64,000 bases of DNA from the human T2T-CHM13v2.0 reference genome, Homo sapiens, in assembly GCF_009914755.1 (NCBI RefSeq), contig NC_060943.1, one strand, 5' to 3'. Position numbers and translations under genes: made by a program. The notes beneath the pieces were generated by a model. It was not told where the DNA came from and searched no databases. It saw nothing but the letters and a program-made list of their open reading frames with translations. Below, one piece after another: positions 61,470-64,000 of this stretch (position 1 is its first letter; each line of letters starts with the position of its first letter).

Positions 61470-62710
61470 TCTGTCTGTGTCTCTGCACCTGTGTCTGTCC
61501 ATCTTTCTCTGTGTCTCTCTCCTCCCATCTCTGTCTCTGTCTGTGGCTCCGCACCTGTCTCTGTCCATCTTTCTCTGTGTCTCTCTCCTCCCATCTCTGT
61601 CTCTGTCTCTCTGTCTGTCTCCGCACCTGTCTGTCCATCTTTCTCTGTGTCTCTCTCCTCCCATCTCTGTCTCTGTCTCTCTGTCTGTCTCTGCACCTGT
61701 GTCTGTCCATCTTTCTCTGTGTCTCTCTCCTCCCATCTCTGTCTCTGTCTCTCTGTCTGTGTCTCCGCACCTGTGTGTCTGTCCATCTTTCTCTGTGTCT
61801 CTCTCTCCTCCCATCTCTGTCTCTGTCTCTCTGTCTGTGTCTCCGCACCTGTGTCTCTGTCCATCTTTCTCTGTGTCTCTCTCTCCTCCCATCTCTGTCT
61901 CTGTCTCTCTGTCTGTGGCTTCGCACCTGTCTCTGTCCATCTTTCTCTGTGTCTCTCTCTCCTCCCATCTCTGTCTCTGTCTCTCTGTCTGTGTCTCCGC
62001 ACCTGTGTGTCTGTCCATCTTTCTCTGTCTCTCTCTCCTCCCATCTCTGTCTCTGTCTCTCTGTCTGTCTCTGCACCTGTGTCTGTCCATCTTTCTCTGT
62101 GTCTCTCTCCTCCCATCTCTGTCTCTGTCTCTCTGTCTGTGTCTCCGCACCTGTGTGTCTGTCCATCTTTCTCTGTGTCTCTCTCCTCCCATCTCTGTCT
62201 CTGTCTCTCTGTCTGTCTCTGCACCTGTGTCTGTCCATCTTTCTCTGTGTCTCTCTCCTCCCATCTCTGTCTCTGTCTCTCTGTCTGTGTCTCCGCACCT
62301 GTGTGTCTGTCCATCTTTCTCTGTGTCTCTCTCCTCCCATCTCTGTCTCTGTCTCTCTGTCTGTGTCTCCGCACCTGTGTCTCTGTCCATCTTTCTCTGT
62401 GTCTCTCTCTCTCCTCCCATCTCTGTCTCTGTCTCTCTGTCTGTGGCTTCGCACATGTCTCTGTCCATCTTTCTCTGTGTCTCTCTCTCCTCCCATCTCT
62501 GTCTCTGTCTCTCTGTCTGTGTCTCCGCACCTGTGTGTCTGTCCATCTTTCTCTGTGTCTCTCTCCTCCCATCTCTGTCTCTGTCTCTCTGTCTGTGTCT
62601 CCGCACCTGTCTCTGTCCATCTTTCTCTGTGTCTCTCTCCTCCCATCTCTGTCTCTGTCTCTCTGTCTGTGGCTCTGCACCTTTGTCTCTGTCTATCTTT
62701 CTCTGTCTCC
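61470..62710. repeat. CT/GT-rich VNTR, ~17 units of 66-80 nt
   Basis: Unit CTCCGCACCTGTGTGTCTGTCCATCTTTCTCTGTGTCTCTCTCCTCCCATCTCTGTCTCTGTCTCTCTGTCTGTGT. Confidence 0.95.
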
Positions 62711-62891
62711 ACTTTCCTCCTGTCTTCTCTCATGTTGCTCTGTCTTTGTTTTCCATGCGCTTCCAACACTTCTCCCTTCGCTCTCTTCATTGTGTCTCAA
62801 CTCAAGTGTTACTTCTTCAGAGCCCTTCCCTGAGCCCTCCCCTAGTCTGATTCAGGGTCTTCACTCCCCTATTTGTTTTTTCATCTTATAG

Positions 62892-63272
<381 letters not shown>

Positions 63273-63841
63273 TCTTGTGTGTTTATTTTTCTAGTAGCTG
63301 TTTCTTTCATTAGTGTGGGAGCCCCTTGGGGACAGGGCTGGTGTCTGTTATGTTCACTGATAAAAACTATTCACTGCAGATGTGTTGAGTGGATGGATAA
63401 AGGGAGATACAAAAATAGAGAGAGACAGACAGGAGAGGGAGAGATGAAGGCTGACGGAGAGAGAAAATAACAACAGACAACAATGGTAGCTTACTATTAA
63501 TTAACCTTTAGAATATGTTAAATTAATTGTAAGGAGGTCAAGAACTTACCTTATGTCTGGCCCTCTTCTAAGTATTTTAAATGCAATAACAAATGTATTC
63601 CTCAAAAAAATCTAAGAAGTAGATGCTGCTATGAACTTTGTTTGACAGATGGAGAAACTGAGGCACAGAGAGGGTAAGTAGTTTACCAAGGTCACAGAAA
63701 GACTGAGGCCAAAAGAGAAGAACAGACAGAAGTGGGTAGATGGAGAGTAGGAGAGAGCTGGGAACACACTGAGAGATGTGGCCAAAAAGATAGGAAGACG
63801 CTGAAAGAGAGACACGTCTCAGGAATTAGGAATAATCATCA

Positions 63842-64000
<159 letters not shown>

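Noticed and set aside
61058-62891. Six overlapping ORFs of 445-540 aa
   Set aside because: The VNTR unit lacks stop codons in all frames. The products are low-complexity and have no gene structure.

Overview
Human chromosome 19q13.33 kallikrein locus, recognised from the translated proteins and Alu content. It holds three intact serine-protease genes: KLK3/PSA (+, CDS 4588-9759), KLK2 (+, CDS 23106-28191) and KLK4 (-, CDS 58752-54951). The KLKP1 pseudogene region (about 31.7-47.2 kb) lies between KLK2 and KLK4. The known androgen-response elements, TATA boxes, poly(A) signals, MSR1 minisatellite and many Alu/L1/LTR/DNA-transposon relics are present. Reading the non-coding DNA in frame shows much of it is fossil kallikrein sequence: four + strand KLK15-like relics, each preceded by an LTR40-like element; one - strand KLK1/2/3-like exon 2; and a - strand KLK4 exon 1+2 duplicate. 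These meet at two tail-to-tail junctions. The PSA/KLK2 enhancers appear to sit in intron 1 of dead KLK15 copies. The upstream CRE overlaps the fossil catalytic-Asp codon, and the proximal poly(A) signals lie in an antisense MER21-like LTR. Repeat subfamily names and comparisons with KLK15/KLK1 rest on recalled sequences, not on a database search.
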